Shown: positions 35,560-45,400 of the stretch, in pieces
How the letters are laid out: every line of letters begins with the position of its first letter
Position numbering within the stretch: position 1 is the stretch's first letter
Source of the DNA: an uncultured bacterium
GTDB taxonomy: Bacteria; Chlamydiota; Chlamydiia; Chlamydiales; FEN-1388
Length of the DNA: 64,000 nt
Reading direction: 5' to 3'
Assembly: GCA_964409235.1 (NCBI GenBank)
Contig: CAYPCN010000001.1
Coordinates: forward strand, 157,520 to 221,519
Notes under the pieces: model-generated
What the model saw: only the letters and a program-made list of their open reading frames with translations
Database searches by the model: none
What the model was told of the DNA's origin: nothing
Position numbers and translations under genes: made by a program

Positions 35560-37920
35560 TTACCGTGCGTTAATATTCGAAGCAATGGTCTGTAGCAGTT
35601 GGTTTAACGCGTTTAACATACTTGTCGCTGATTGATAAAATTGCTGGTACACGAACATGACCTGTTGAAGTTGCTGGCGTTGAGTGTCGTTCAGCGCTTG
35701 AGCGGCGGTGATAGCGTTATTCAAGTGCGTTTGATATTTCGCTTCGTTCTGATTTTGGAAGTTTTGGACCCACGTTTCGATCTTTCCAGCTCCTTGGAAG
35801 TCGAGGAGCACGCGTTGTAACTCTGTGACAACCGACGAACCAACTTGCGGATCCACATATTGCTGTGCTTTTTCGATCAGCGTTTGCAGGTTCTCGATGA
35901 TCTGGGCTATCCCACCCGTACCATTGAACTGCCCAGATATGACGTCGATGAATGCCTGAGGCGCGGTGCCAGCAGTCGTGACAGTTCTATAGTCGGCGTT
36001 ACGTACGACAAGCCCGTATTCACTTTGTACGGCAGAATCTGTGGGATCCTTCCCGTCCGCCTGGATCTCAAGAATGCGGATATAGTCGGCTTGGTCCTGT
36101 GCTGTGAGCCCATAGGTCGACGCGACTGCGGCTGGAATAGTGGGATCTGTCTTGCTCAGCAGCCCTGCGCTCTGAAGGTTTAAGAGAACTTCTACGGAAT
36201 TTGCTCCTAACAACGGAGTCATGGTGTCGGGTTTGCTGACAAGGCCGTATTGCTGGAGAGCAGAGATGAGATTTGCGTAATTATCGGCCGTAACTGCTAG
36301 GTTGACACCTGCGGCTTCCATTTGTTGGAAGACGGCGGAGATGTGCTTGATTTCGGCAAGCCCTGGATATCGAGAAGGGTAGTCATCATAATACGTTGCT
36401 AATTGGCTCATTATGTCACGGTTCAAACACATGGCAAGCATGGCTTTTGTGCGCGTGTCAGAGCTCGGAAGGCCTGCCATAGCACCAATGGCCTCATGCA
36501 TACCGCAATAGAATGCATAGTACTGGTCACCTATAAGCTCTAGAGATGCTTTCTGTTCAACTGGATCGCCATCCGTGCGACAGAGTCCAAACAGCTTGAG
36601 GGCCCATAAGGCATTCCCCTCATAGGGTTGAGTCGCTGTAAACCACTTATACAGTGGGTCGTTCACAGGAGGGTCAGTAGGTAGCGTGGGGATGTCTGTA
36701 CCGGCATCAAGATACGTCTGCATTGCGGTATAAAAATCGGTCAGCCCATACTTGAACATATAGAAATTTAACTCGAGAGGCGAATCGTTCGCGTGCCCCG
36801 ACACTAGGAGTTTTGCAAAGTTCGCGTATAGGTGCTGGTCGTATAGTGTCAGGCGATACTTGGAAATGATTTCATCTGGAATTGTCGCAGCGCTTGGGTC
36901 GAGGATTGGAGGGCCCTGTGAAGAGTCTGTCAAGGCGCGAAAGAGCTCGAACCTCTGTTCATCCGTGGTGATAAATCCATATTGCGCTTTTACCAAAATG
37001 TCATTTGGGTCCAACCCTTGGTTTTGGATTTGCAAGAGAGTAATGTATTTGAAAAGTTGCTCGTCAGTAAACTTCGGCGTTGTTCCTAAGACTTGGTCAC
37101 CGAACGTCTGCTTTTCAAAGACGGCGTAGTTTGGGGAGGTGGAGTTCAAGTGCTGCAAGTTCATGAGGAAGTGCTCTGGGTCTTTCTGGTTCATCAGGTC
37201 TTGGAGTGCGTTGAGGTAGGAGAGGATCTGCTGGTTTAAATTTACGGCCGTCTGGAGCTCGTTCATCTGACCATACAGAATTTCGTTGCCGCTCGCGACG
37301 TAGTCGACCATGAGCAGCTGTTGGATCGATTGGGATTGCGTGGAGTAGTCGCCGGCAATAACGGCATTCGCTGCGGCCGCCATGGCCGTAGAGAGCACAG
37401 ACCGAAGGTTGTAGATCGGCGTTGGGGATAGGTCATCATTGCGAATGGTGGTAAGAAGATCTTCCCATCCCGCAGGAGGCTGTGTCGCGCCAAGGGGATT
37501 CAGGCCAGCTGCGCCCATCGTGCGGATCAGGGTGTCGAGCCCCTGAGCCATATACCGACTCATCGTCGAAAGCGTGGTGAATGGGCATGCTAATGGATTT
37601 TCCTGTTGCGCGCCGTGTTCATCGACGTATTTATATCGCGACCAGATGTTCAAAGCGACAAGCGCCTCTCGCACCTTCTCAAACACTTCCTCGGCCGTCA
37701 GCGCTTCGCCAACACCACCCTCCGGCGTCCAAGAACGCCCATCCAAAAGCGCATATTGGATGATCGACATTTGTTGTAGGTAGTACGCTTGGGCTTCTCG
37801 GGTGATTTCAAAATCAAAAACCCTCTGTTCCGTTACTGGAGGGGAACTAGGGTCTAGTTGTGTAAGGAAGGTCACCATGGTCTGGTTTGACGCCTGTACA
37901 CCAGAAGTAGATGCACTCAT
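35560..37920 (-). CDS. Uncharacterised large protein (786 aa), first gene of the cluster; it has an internal repeat of about 40 aa and a Q-rich C-terminal helix
   Basis: A GAGGAG SD is present and there is no signal peptide or TM. The internal repeat is FTDEQLFKYITLLQIQNQGLDPNDILVKAQYGFI (aa 284-317) versus LTAQDQADYIRILEIQADGKDPTDSAVQSEYGLV (aa 604-637). The C-terminus reads ...QQVMFVYQQFYQSATSMLNALNQLLQTIASNINAR. Confidence 0.8.
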   Translation of the reverse strand: MSASTSGVQASNQTMVTFLTQLDPSSPPVTEQRVFDFEITREAQAYYLQQMSIIQYALLDGRSWTPEGGVGEALTAEEVFEKVREALVALNIWSRYKYVDEHGAQQENPLACPFTTLSTMSRYMAQGLDTLIRTMGAAGLNPLGATQPPAGWEDLLTTIRNDDLSPTPIYNLRSVLSTAMAAAANAVIAGDYSTQSQSIQQLLMVDYVASGNEILYGQMNELQTAVNLNQQILSYLNALQDLMNQKDPEHFLMNLQHLNSTSPNYAVFEKQTFGDQVLGTTPKFTDEQLFKYITLLQIQNQGLDPNDILVKAQYGFITTDEQRFELFRALTDSSQGPPILDPSAATIPDEIISKYRLTLYDQHLYANFAKLLVSGHANDSPLELNFYMFKYGLTDFYTAMQTYLDAGTDIPTLPTDPPVNDPLYKWFTATQPYEGNALWALKLFGLCRTDGDPVEQKASLELIGDQYYAFYCGMHEAIGAMAGLPSSDTRTKAMLAMCLNRDIMSQLATYYDDYPSRYPGLAEIKHISAVFQQMEAAGVNLAVTADNYANLISALQQYGLVSKPDTMTPLLGANSVEVLLNLQSAGLLSKTDPTIPAAVASTYGLTAQDQADYIRILEIQADGKDPTDSAVQSEYGLVVRNADYRTVTTAGTAPQAFIDVISGQFNGTGGIAQIIENLQTLIEKAQQYVDPQVGSSVVTELQRVLLDFQGAGKIETWVQNFQNQNEAKYQTHLNNAITAAQALNDTQRQQLQQVMFVYQQFYQSATSMLNALNQLLQTIASNINAR

Positions 37921-38071
37921 AGTCGATCTCCTCTAGGTAAGAAGCGCTCGCTTCCTTCGGGATTGCTCCCAGGGAGTGGCACTCAGCTATTTGCGCATGC
38001 TCAGGCCCATCGATCGAACCGACTGCAAGGTCCCAGAAACATGCTCGCTCTTTCCTTGCCCTCTACTTGGT

Positions 38072-38100
38072 ATTATAGTATATTAAAAGTTTTATAACAA
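38072..38100 (-). promoter_or_regulatory. Near-consensus sigma70/sigma66-type promoter facing the four-gene cluster
   Basis: On the minus strand it reads TTGTTA - 17 nt - TATAAT (plus-strand taacaa at 38095-38100 and attata at 38072-38077). It lies in an AT-rich spacer about 150 nt upstream of the ATG at 37920. Confidence 0.55.
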
Positions 38101-38220
38101 ACGGCTGGATCAAAAAAAGGCTTGGCGTTTTGGCCGTTTCAATTTGGCCCGGTTTTTTCGTCAAGGCCAATCGCACAAGTTATAATGAACGTGTTGACAG
38201 CAAATCGGATGTATGCCGCC

Positions 38221-39447
38221 CTATGCCGATTTGTCGCGGACGACCTTTGGCTGGTTTCCATCGAGGATGACGTCTTTGTCGATCACGATTTCTCGGATTG
38301 AAGGATCGGTGGGAACGTCAAACATGAGGTTCTGCATCGTTGCCTCTAGGATCATCCGCAGAGCGCGGGCACCTGTACCAGCGTCGTGGGCACGTTGGGC
38401 GATTGCCTGCAGGGCGTCTTCGGTGAAGTCAAGATGTACATTTTCAAGCGCAAAGAGGGCTTGAAACTGCTTCACTACCGCGTTCTTCGGCTGGACGAGA
38501 ATGGTGACCAAATCATCAACCGTCAGCTCATTGCAATTGGCGATGCAGTTAAAGCGACCAACGAACTCAGGGATCATGCCAAACTGAATGAAATCTTCTG
38601 GCTCGACCTTGGCAAGTAGCTTGTCATGCTCGTGAATGGCAGCAGTCCCAGAGACGTTAAACCCGATGGTCGATCGGCCGAGACGCCGCGCGATCATCTT
38701 GTCAAGCCCAACAAAGGCGCCTCCAGCAATGAAGAGGATATGGTCAGTGTTGATCTTGATATATTCTTGGTTCGGGTGTTTCCTGCCCCCTTTAGGAGGA
38801 ATGTTCGCTATCGTCCCTTCGACGATTTTAAGGAGCGCCTGTTGAACGCCTTCCCCGGAGACATCTCGGGTAATCGATACATTTGAAGTGGTGCGATGGA
38901 TCTTATCGATCTCGTCAATGTAGATGATGCCGCGTTCAGCACGTTCAACATCGAAGTCGGCATTTTGCAGCAGGCGAAGGATGATGTTCTCAACGTCCTC
39001 GCCAACATATCCAGCCTCAGTCAGCGTCGTCGCATCGGAGATGGCAAAGGGGACGTCGAGCAGTCGAGCCAGGGTTTTGGCGATCAAGGTCTTCCCAGAG
39101 CCAGTGGGGCCAAAGAGAAGGACGTTGGACTTGTTGAATTCAACGTCTTTCGCCTTTGCCGCTTCTGAAATTCTCTTGTAGTGATTGTAGACCGCAACAG
39201 AGATCGTCTTCTTTGCGGCCTCTTGGCCGATAATGTACTCGTCGAGTTTTTCTTTTATCTCTTTGGGCTTGAGGATTTTTAGCTCGTGCTTCTGACCACT
39301 CGGCGCTTTCGGACGTTTTTCAAGAATGCCGCTGCAGAGATCAACGCATCGTTCGCAAATGTACGCGTTAGGGCCGGCAATGAGTTTCTCTACGGCCTCT
39401 TCAGGGCGTCCGCAGAACGAACAGCTTGCTGTTTCTTTTGTAAACAC
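38221..39447 (-). CDS. clpX: ATP-dependent Clp protease ATP-binding subunit ClpX
   Basis: It has the N-terminal zinc ribbon CSFCGR...YICERC, Walker [18 protein letters not shown] and the ClpX-type IGF-loop region. Confidence 0.97.
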   Translation of the reverse strand: MFTKETASCSFCGRPEEAVEKLIAGPNAYICERCVDLCSGILEKRPKAPSGQKHELKILKPKEIKEKLDEYIIGQEAAKKTISVAVYNHYKRISEAAKAKDVEFNKSNVLLFGPTGSGKTLIAKTLARLLDVPFAISDATTLTEAGYVGEDVENIILRLLQNADFDVERAERGIIYIDEIDKIHRTTSNVSITRDVSGEGVQQALLKIVEGTIANIPPKGGRKHPNQEYIKINTDHILFIAGGAFVGLDKMIARRLGRSTIGFNVSGTAAIHEHDKLLAKVEPEDFIQFGMIPEFVGRFNCIANCNELTVDDLVTILVQPKNAVVKQFQALFALENVHLDFTEDALQAIAQRAHDAGTGARALRMILEATMQNLMFDVPTDPSIREIVIDKDVILDGNQPKVVRDKSA

Positions 39448-39463
39448 AGTCGTAACGTATTGG

Positions 39464-40093
39464 TTATGAAGGCGAGCCTTCTTTTTTCTTAGGGAGTAAT
39501 ACAGAATCTGTCAGGCCATAGGCAACAGACTCTTCAGCGCTCATGAAAAAATCGCGCTCAGTATCCTCGAGAATTTTCTCGAGAGGTTGCTTGCAGCTGT
39601 CGGCCAAAATTTGCGCGAGGCGCCGTTTCATATAAATAATTTCTTTTGCCTGACGTTCGACATCCGCTGAGGTGCCGCCGATGCCGCCCCATGGCTGGTG
39701 GATCATCATGCGGCTGTTGGGCAGGGCAAATCGCTTGCCAGGAGTTCCAGCTGCAAGGAGGAGAGAGCCCATTGAAGCTGCCTGTCCAATGCAGTAGGTG
39801 TTAACGGCGCAGCCAAGAGAGGCCATAGTGTCGTAGATGGCAAGGCCTGCCGTCACTCCGCCACCAGGGCTGTTGATGTAGAGATGAATGTCTTTCTTTG
39901 GGTCTTCCATTTTTAAGAACAGAAGCTGAGCAACGACCACATTGGCCACGTGATCGTTGATCTCGGTGCCGAGGAAGATGATTCGGTCCTTGAGCAGCCG
40001 AGAGTAGATGTCCATCACTCGTTCGCCGCGAGCCGTATCTTCGATGACGTACGGCGTAAGAGAGGAAGAAAGAAGATGTTTATGCATAGTCAC
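39464..40093 (-). CDS. clpP: ATP-dependent Clp protease proteolytic subunit ClpP
   Basis: The Ser-His-Asp context is present: [16 protein letters not shown] and [17 protein letters not shown]. Confidence 0.97.
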   Translation of the reverse strand: MTMHKHLLSSSLTPYVIEDTARGERVMDIYSRLLKDRIIFLGTEINDHVANVVVAQLLFLKMEDPKKDIHLYINSPGGGVTAGLAIYDTMASLGCAVNTYCIGQAASMGSLLLAAGTPGKRFALPNSRMMIHQPWGGIGGTSADVERQAKEIIYMKRRLAQILADSCKQPLEKILEDTERDFFMSAEESVAYGLTDSVLLPKKKEGSPS

Positions 40094-40172
40094 AGCCCAC
40101 AGTCAAATGAGTACTAGCCTTTTAGCATACCAGATCCAAATTTTTGGTGACAGGGCGATGGAAGTTACTGGC

Positions 40173-41540
40173 TCAGTGGCTCTCGTGCTGGCACGAACAC
40201 CCTTCTTCATGGCACAGGCAGGGATCAATGTCGGGCGTCTGCAGTTGTTCACGGCGCGGCGGTGTCACGCCAAGCCGCTGTTCGATACAGTAATCCTCAC
40301 ACTGGCGGACGATGATGTTCGCAAACAGACGATCGAAAACCTCTTCCTCGCGTAATTTCGGGTACAGCACAGACTGCGAGGCATGGATTTTCGTCGCTTG
40401 GTAGTTCAGCTCGTCCATCAGCTCGGCATTGGTGTAGGAAGGTTTGACCTTCGGAAACAATGGCTGCAGGAGGAGGAAACAGGTGAAGTAGCGCTTGACC
40501 TCGTCCAGAAACTTCTTCCGCATCGCCTCTTTGTCGACTGAGCCCTTCGCTTCTTCCGATAGGGAGTCCCAATACGGTCGAAAGCGAGCTTCTGTCTCGC
40601 CCTCGACAAGCGATTGCGGGAGGTCAAAAGCGTATAGGCGGATGAGCTCGTTTCTGACCTGCCGGCGCATTTTCTCCTGCGCCACGCGTTTTGCCTCATA
40701 TTCCAATGATACGCGAATATTCCGCTTAAGATCGGCAATCGTTTCTGCCCCCATCTTCTTTGCGAAGTCGTCATTCTCTTCCGGTACAAGACATTCGAAT
40801 ATTTGGAGGATCTTCACAGTAGCCGACGACGGGGACTTCTCTGGTGATGGTGCCGGCAGCGAGCATTCCTTTGTCTCTTCTACGTTCATCCCTATGATGA
40901 GAGAGTAGAGCCATTCTGGGATGAGACCGTGGTGGACGAAAAACTCGCCAACTTGAGGGGCATCGGCATTTGCCGCCGAGATCGCGACTTTGACGGCATT
41001 GCCATCGGCAACAGGCTGACCTTCAATAGGCCGCTTCTCGCACCCTAAAAAGCGCAGACGCGTATACAATTCCTCGACGTCCTGCTCTGAGGGGAGTTTG
41101 ACCGGTATTTCTTCAATGTTCAGACTGCTAATATCAACTGTTGGAATGTGGGGGGCGGCTTCGTATTCGAAGTGGATCTCTGCGCCGGTGTCTCGAGAAC
41201 AAGAGCGAAGCGAAGACTTGCGGATGCTGTTCTTCGTAAATGGTTGACGCCCTACGAGGTCAACCGCTTCAGTAAAGGCTGTCATGGTCACAATGGTCTG
41301 CGTCCGACTCATGACCTGAGGCTCAAAGTGTTTGTGGAGCAGCTCTTCAGGGACATGTCCCTTGCGAAAGCCGGGAAGAGAGATGTCTTTTCGGACTTCT
41401 TTTACGGCCTTTTGGTAGGCGGCTTGGACAGCTTCTGGTTTGACTGTAACCTCCATCTCTATGACGCACCCTGGCCGGTAGGCGCTCTGTACCGAGATAG
41501 TGTCGCTTGAGAAATGCCGGTCTGAACGTTCTTCACTCAT
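40173..41540 (-). CDS. tig: Trigger factor
   Basis: The N-terminal ribosome-binding signature is LPGFRKGHVPEELL. The 455-aa length and the conserved tig-clpP-clpX order also fit. Confidence 0.9.
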   Translation of the reverse strand: MSEERSDRHFSSDTISVQSAYRPGCVIEMEVTVKPEAVQAAYQKAVKEVRKDISLPGFRKGHVPEELLHKHFEPQVMSRTQTIVTMTAFTEAVDLVGRQPFTKNSIRKSSLRSCSRDTGAEIHFEYEAAPHIPTVDISSLNIEEIPVKLPSEQDVEELYTRLRFLGCEKRPIEGQPVADGNAVKVAISAANADAPQVGEFFVHHGLIPEWLYSLIIGMNVEETKECSLPAPSPEKSPSSATVKILQIFECLVPEENDDFAKKMGAETIADLKRNIRVSLEYEAKRVAQEKMRRQVRNELIRLYAFDLPQSLVEGETEARFRPYWDSLSEEAKGSVDKEAMRKKFLDEVKRYFTCFLLLQPLFPKVKPSYTNAELMDELNYQATKIHASQSVLYPKLREEEVFDRLFANIIVRQCEDYCIEQRLGVTPPRREQLQTPDIDPCLCHEEGCSCQHESH

Positions 41541-41587
41541 TGAAAAATCTCACGGAAATAGTTGCACAGGAAGAACCAATTCGATCA

Positions 41588-41659
41588 AGCGGGCGATGGG
41601 GATTGAACCCACGACACTCACGTTGGCAACGTGATGCTCTACCACTGAGCTACGCCCGC
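41588..41659 (-). tRNA. tRNA-Gly (anticodon GCC)
   Basis: A manual cloverleaf fits: acceptor GCGGGCG/CGCCCGC, D arm GCTC-AGTGGTA-GAGC, anticodon arm TCACG-TTGCCAA-CGTGA and T arm GTGGG-TTCAATC-CCCAT. No CCA is encoded. Confidence 0.95.
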
Positions 41660-41661
41660 AA

Positions 41662-41734
<73 letters not shown>

Positions 41735-41983
41735 GTACGAATACCCATCAAGGGACACTGCGTAATGCAAAAAGCGTACAAGGAGAGCGCAAATTTCTGC
41801 AACGGTATACACGCGATGTCTCGTACCAAAGTTTTATCTCTCTCGACAAAGGAACAATGTCGTTCCTGCCAAGAAAAAACGGGTCATGATCGATCGAAAA
41901 CGAGACTGCAGTTCAGAATCTTGCTTGGTGTACCTTCTCCTCTGAAACCCTGGGTTGACCATCCACCTCGAAACAGATTCTAC

Positions 41984-42016
41984 TCTATCTTCCTCAAGGC
42001 ACATCGCAAATGGCTC
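41984..42016 (+). repeat. Orphan 3'-arm module of the dispersed repeat family
   Basis: ctctatcttcctcaaggcacatcgcaaatggctc is a direct repeat of 42206-42237 (ctctatccttcaaaaggcatatcgcaacggctc). It is also complementary to the 5' arm at 42133-42150. Confidence 0.55.
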
Positions 42017-42132
42017 AAAAAGGATGCTCCCAAAAAAAATCATGATTCTGCTTGCAGAAAATCAAAAAGTTTTGCGAATAACGCTGCAGTGATCAAAGCA
42101 ATCACGAGCCTCGTGCGCTCTTGGATCCTCAA

Positions 42133-42238
42133 GAGCCATTCGCGATGTGGATTTTTAGAGGGGAAGTGGAAGGTTTTGGGTAGATTCGGCCAAAAAGATC
42201 CCAACTCTATCCTTCAAAAGGCATATCGCAACGGCTCC
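42133..42238 (+). repeat. Dispersed intergenic repeat, copy A (5' arm + conserved core + 3' arm)
   Basis: The 5' arm plus core gagccattcgcgatgtggatttttagaggggaagtggaaggttttggg recurs at 51426 and 59159. The 3' arm aaaaggcatatcgcaacggctc can pair with the 5' arm (about 15 bp, including G-U pairs, one mismatch and one bulge). Confidence 0.7.
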
Positions 42239-42432
42239 TCAAGATTTCCTGCGCTCTAGGCGGTCCTTGGGAGCGATAAGCACATGGTGCGTGTTCACGC
42301 CATCTCAGAAGTGGGAGGGCAAAGAGGGGGCAGTTTCTGAAGGATTGACAAGAAGGAGATTGTCCACCTCGGTCAACTGGCTTTCAGAGCCGAGAGCTGC
42401 GAACGCGTACAAACGATGAGTGGAGAAGAGAA

Positions 42433-45400
42433 ATGGAAGCTGTGTCAGAGTCCGTCCTGAACTTTCGCAAGATGCGCCACGATTTTTGTCCGGCTGTCTT
42501 GAAGGAAGGGAAAGCGCTGTTCGAAAAAGGGTCATGCATAGGGGCAAAAATCGCCTCGTTCTCTGCTCAGCAGTTTGTCATTGAAGCAGAGGTGACGGGC
42601 CATTTTCAAGATACTCATTCATGCTCTATTGAAGTAGATCGTGTAGAGTCTGTGGTGATGTACTCGACCTGCGACTGCACGCAAGGCGTGGATTGCCTCC
42701 ACCTTGCCTGCCTGCTATTTTTCCTCGAAGCGCACTTCCATTCCATGCTCCTCACATACCTTGGAAACATACGCGAGAACTCCTCTGCAGACCCAGCAAT
42801 CGTCGAAGTAGAGAGAAAGGTGCACGCAAGAGCTCGCAAAGAACAAGAACGGCAGCTGATAGCAGATTACTCAAAGGCAGGGGAGTGGATGGGGCGGACG
42901 TCGCTGTTCCACGAAGCACATGCGAAAATAGAGACCGGCGAACTCTTGATTGCCATCGGTCCTTGGAATGGGTTGAACAACCGCCTGACAGAAATCCAGC
43001 TTGCTGTCAAGCTGACCGGCCGCCCTAAGCCTGTGTGTATCCAGCAGCCAAAGGCGTTCCTCCTCGCCCTCCAGCAGCTTGAGCCCCTGATCTTGGGAAG
43101 CCAACGCGTCGTACTCGATGACTCCTCATTCGGAGAGGGATGCGTGCCGCTCATCGATTTTTTCAGGCGCGAGTTTGAATACCATGACAAGGCGGATAAG
43201 ACCACCAAAGCTGGATTTTTGTCCCAGACAGCGGTGTTCTCTCTTCTCAGTCGGGCAGCAACGCTCCTGAAAAACCCTCAACAGGCGCGCATCTGCCTGT
43301 TCATGGGGTCGTTCGACCGCCCTCTACAAGTCTCTTCGACATATGTGCGTCCTCATTTTTCAGTGGAAATGCTGCATGAGACCGAGCGGAGGCTCGTCAT
43401 CAAACCAAGTTTTATGCTGCCAAAAGGAATGCTGCCGCTTGCCGACGTCAAACTCATTGTGGCCTCGCCACCAGGAGTGCTGTCAGAAGATATCTACTAT
43501 CCTCTTGACCCTCAGTTTTCCCTTCGACAGGCCATAGACCTTGCAGAAGTGGATCACTATGTCATCCCAGAAGCCCTGTTCCCAACCTTTGTTGCATATG
43601 CGCTCCCTCATCTGCAAAAAATAGGAGAGGTCCACTTGCCTGAAGCGTTCGAACAGATTCGTCAGGCGTTGTACCTCGTCGATCCTACGGCCGTATGTGA
43701 AGCCGACCTCCACGATGGGGAGCTGAGCGTTCAGCTTGCGTTCCGATACGGAGATGTCGAGCTTCCCGAGGTGCGCAAAGAACACTCGCTCGAAGAGATC
43801 AGCGCCCTCTCGCAAGGCACGTGTGAAGTGCCAAGAAACCTCATGAAGGAGTTGCTCTTAAGCCAGGAACTGCTATGGGGGCTTGCCCCCGATGACAAAG
43901 AGGGCCGCTATACGACGAAATCGGAAAAGAGAATCATCGACTTTGTCAGCGAGACGTTGCCATCGTTGAAAGAGCGAGTCGAGTGGAAGCTCAGCGATGG
44001 GATGCAGCGATGCTTCTGCTTCGACGAATCCAAGCTCTGCCTGACTTTTTCCGAGGGAAATCGGCATGGCATCGTGCGATGTCGGCTGCAAGCATCAGGG
44101 CCTCTGGCAGGCCTTGACGTGGCCAAGGTGCTCGACGCTGCTCGATTTCGGCGTTCCTATATTGAATTAGGGACCTCAGAAAAAGGAGTGTTCAGCAAGA
44201 AGCTTCTCATCCTCCCGCAGGACGAGATCGAAGCGCTCAGCCTATTGATCGAAGATTTTGCCATTCCTTCTTTGAAGAATCATGAGGAGTGGACCCTGCC
44301 GCTGTGGAGCATCGTCGGCATCGCAGAGGGCGCGACGATCGCCAAACAGGTCACAATAGCATGCAACAAAAAGATCCAAGAGCTGCAGGCAACGCTTTTC
44401 GATCCAAAAGAGACAGCCCAAACGCCCATTGCGGCCCGTTTCAAAAGCGTGTTACACCCCTATCAGCGCGATGGCGTTCGGTGGCTGCGCCGGCTGCGGG
44501 AATTCGGGTTAGGAGGGATCCTTGCCGATGACATGGGGCTTGGAAAGACGGTTCAGGCGATCTGTGCGCTTTCTGAGATCCATTGCTCAGGCAACAAAGT
44601 GCCACCTTCGCTCATCGTCTGCCCCACGTCACTGGTCGACAATTGGAAAGAAGAGATCAATCGCTTTGAACCCAACTTAAAAGTCGTGACCTTTGTGGGT
44701 GCACCCGGAGAGCGACGAAAGCTCCTAAGCCAGAAGAGCGGTGTCGACGTCTATGTCACGTCGTATGGATTAATCCAGCGAGATCTCGAGCTCTTCGAGC
44801 CTCTTCCATTTTCCTACGTCATCCTTGATGAGGCGCAGGCGATTAAAAACCGAGAGACGCGCAATGCCCGCTCTGTCAAACGTCTTAACGCTGACTACCG
44901 ACTTGTGCTTACTGGAACTCCTATTGAAAACTCTCTTGAAGATTTGTGGAGCTTGTTCGACTTCCTCATGCCGGGGTTCCTGTGGTCTCATGATCGATTT
45001 TTGCAAACGTGTGTGCGCGCTTCAGGGAAGGAGACCGCCTTTGAGATGCTCAAAAATCGAGTGGCGCCATTTGTACTGCGGCGCATGAAGCAGGACGTCC
45101 TCGACGACCTGCCGTCGATCTCGCATATTATCTACCACTGCTATCTCCATGATGAGCAGCAGGAGATGTACCACATGGCGGCGAAACGGGCCAAAGAGGA
45201 GTTGCTCGACCTGGTCGAACGCCAAGGGTTTGAGAAAGCTCACCTCCATGTCTTAGCGACGCTGACCCGCCTTAAGCAAATCTGCTGCCACCCCTCGCTT
45301 GTCCACAAAGAGGAGTCAGCCGTTGTCCGCTCAGCAAAATATGAGATGCTCCAGGATCTGTTGGAAGTCCTCATCGGTAGTGGTCATAAGACGGTTATCT

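Noticed and set aside
41735-42132. Search for a known ncRNA (SRP RNA, RNase P RNA, tmRNA or 6S RNA) in the 700-bp tRNA-SNF2 spacer and in other long spacers
   Set aside because: I could not find the conserved signatures I know, for example the SRP GGAAGCAGCC-type motif or the RNase P GAAAGUCCGGGC motif. Only the dispersed repeat modules were recognisable.
42144-42182. A mini-ORF, MWIFRG..., that begins inside the conserved repeat core in all three good copies
   Set aside because: Only the first six codons are shared. Downstream lengths and sequences differ completely (12, 26 and 43 codons), and there is no SD. The conservation is better explained at the nucleotide or RNA level.
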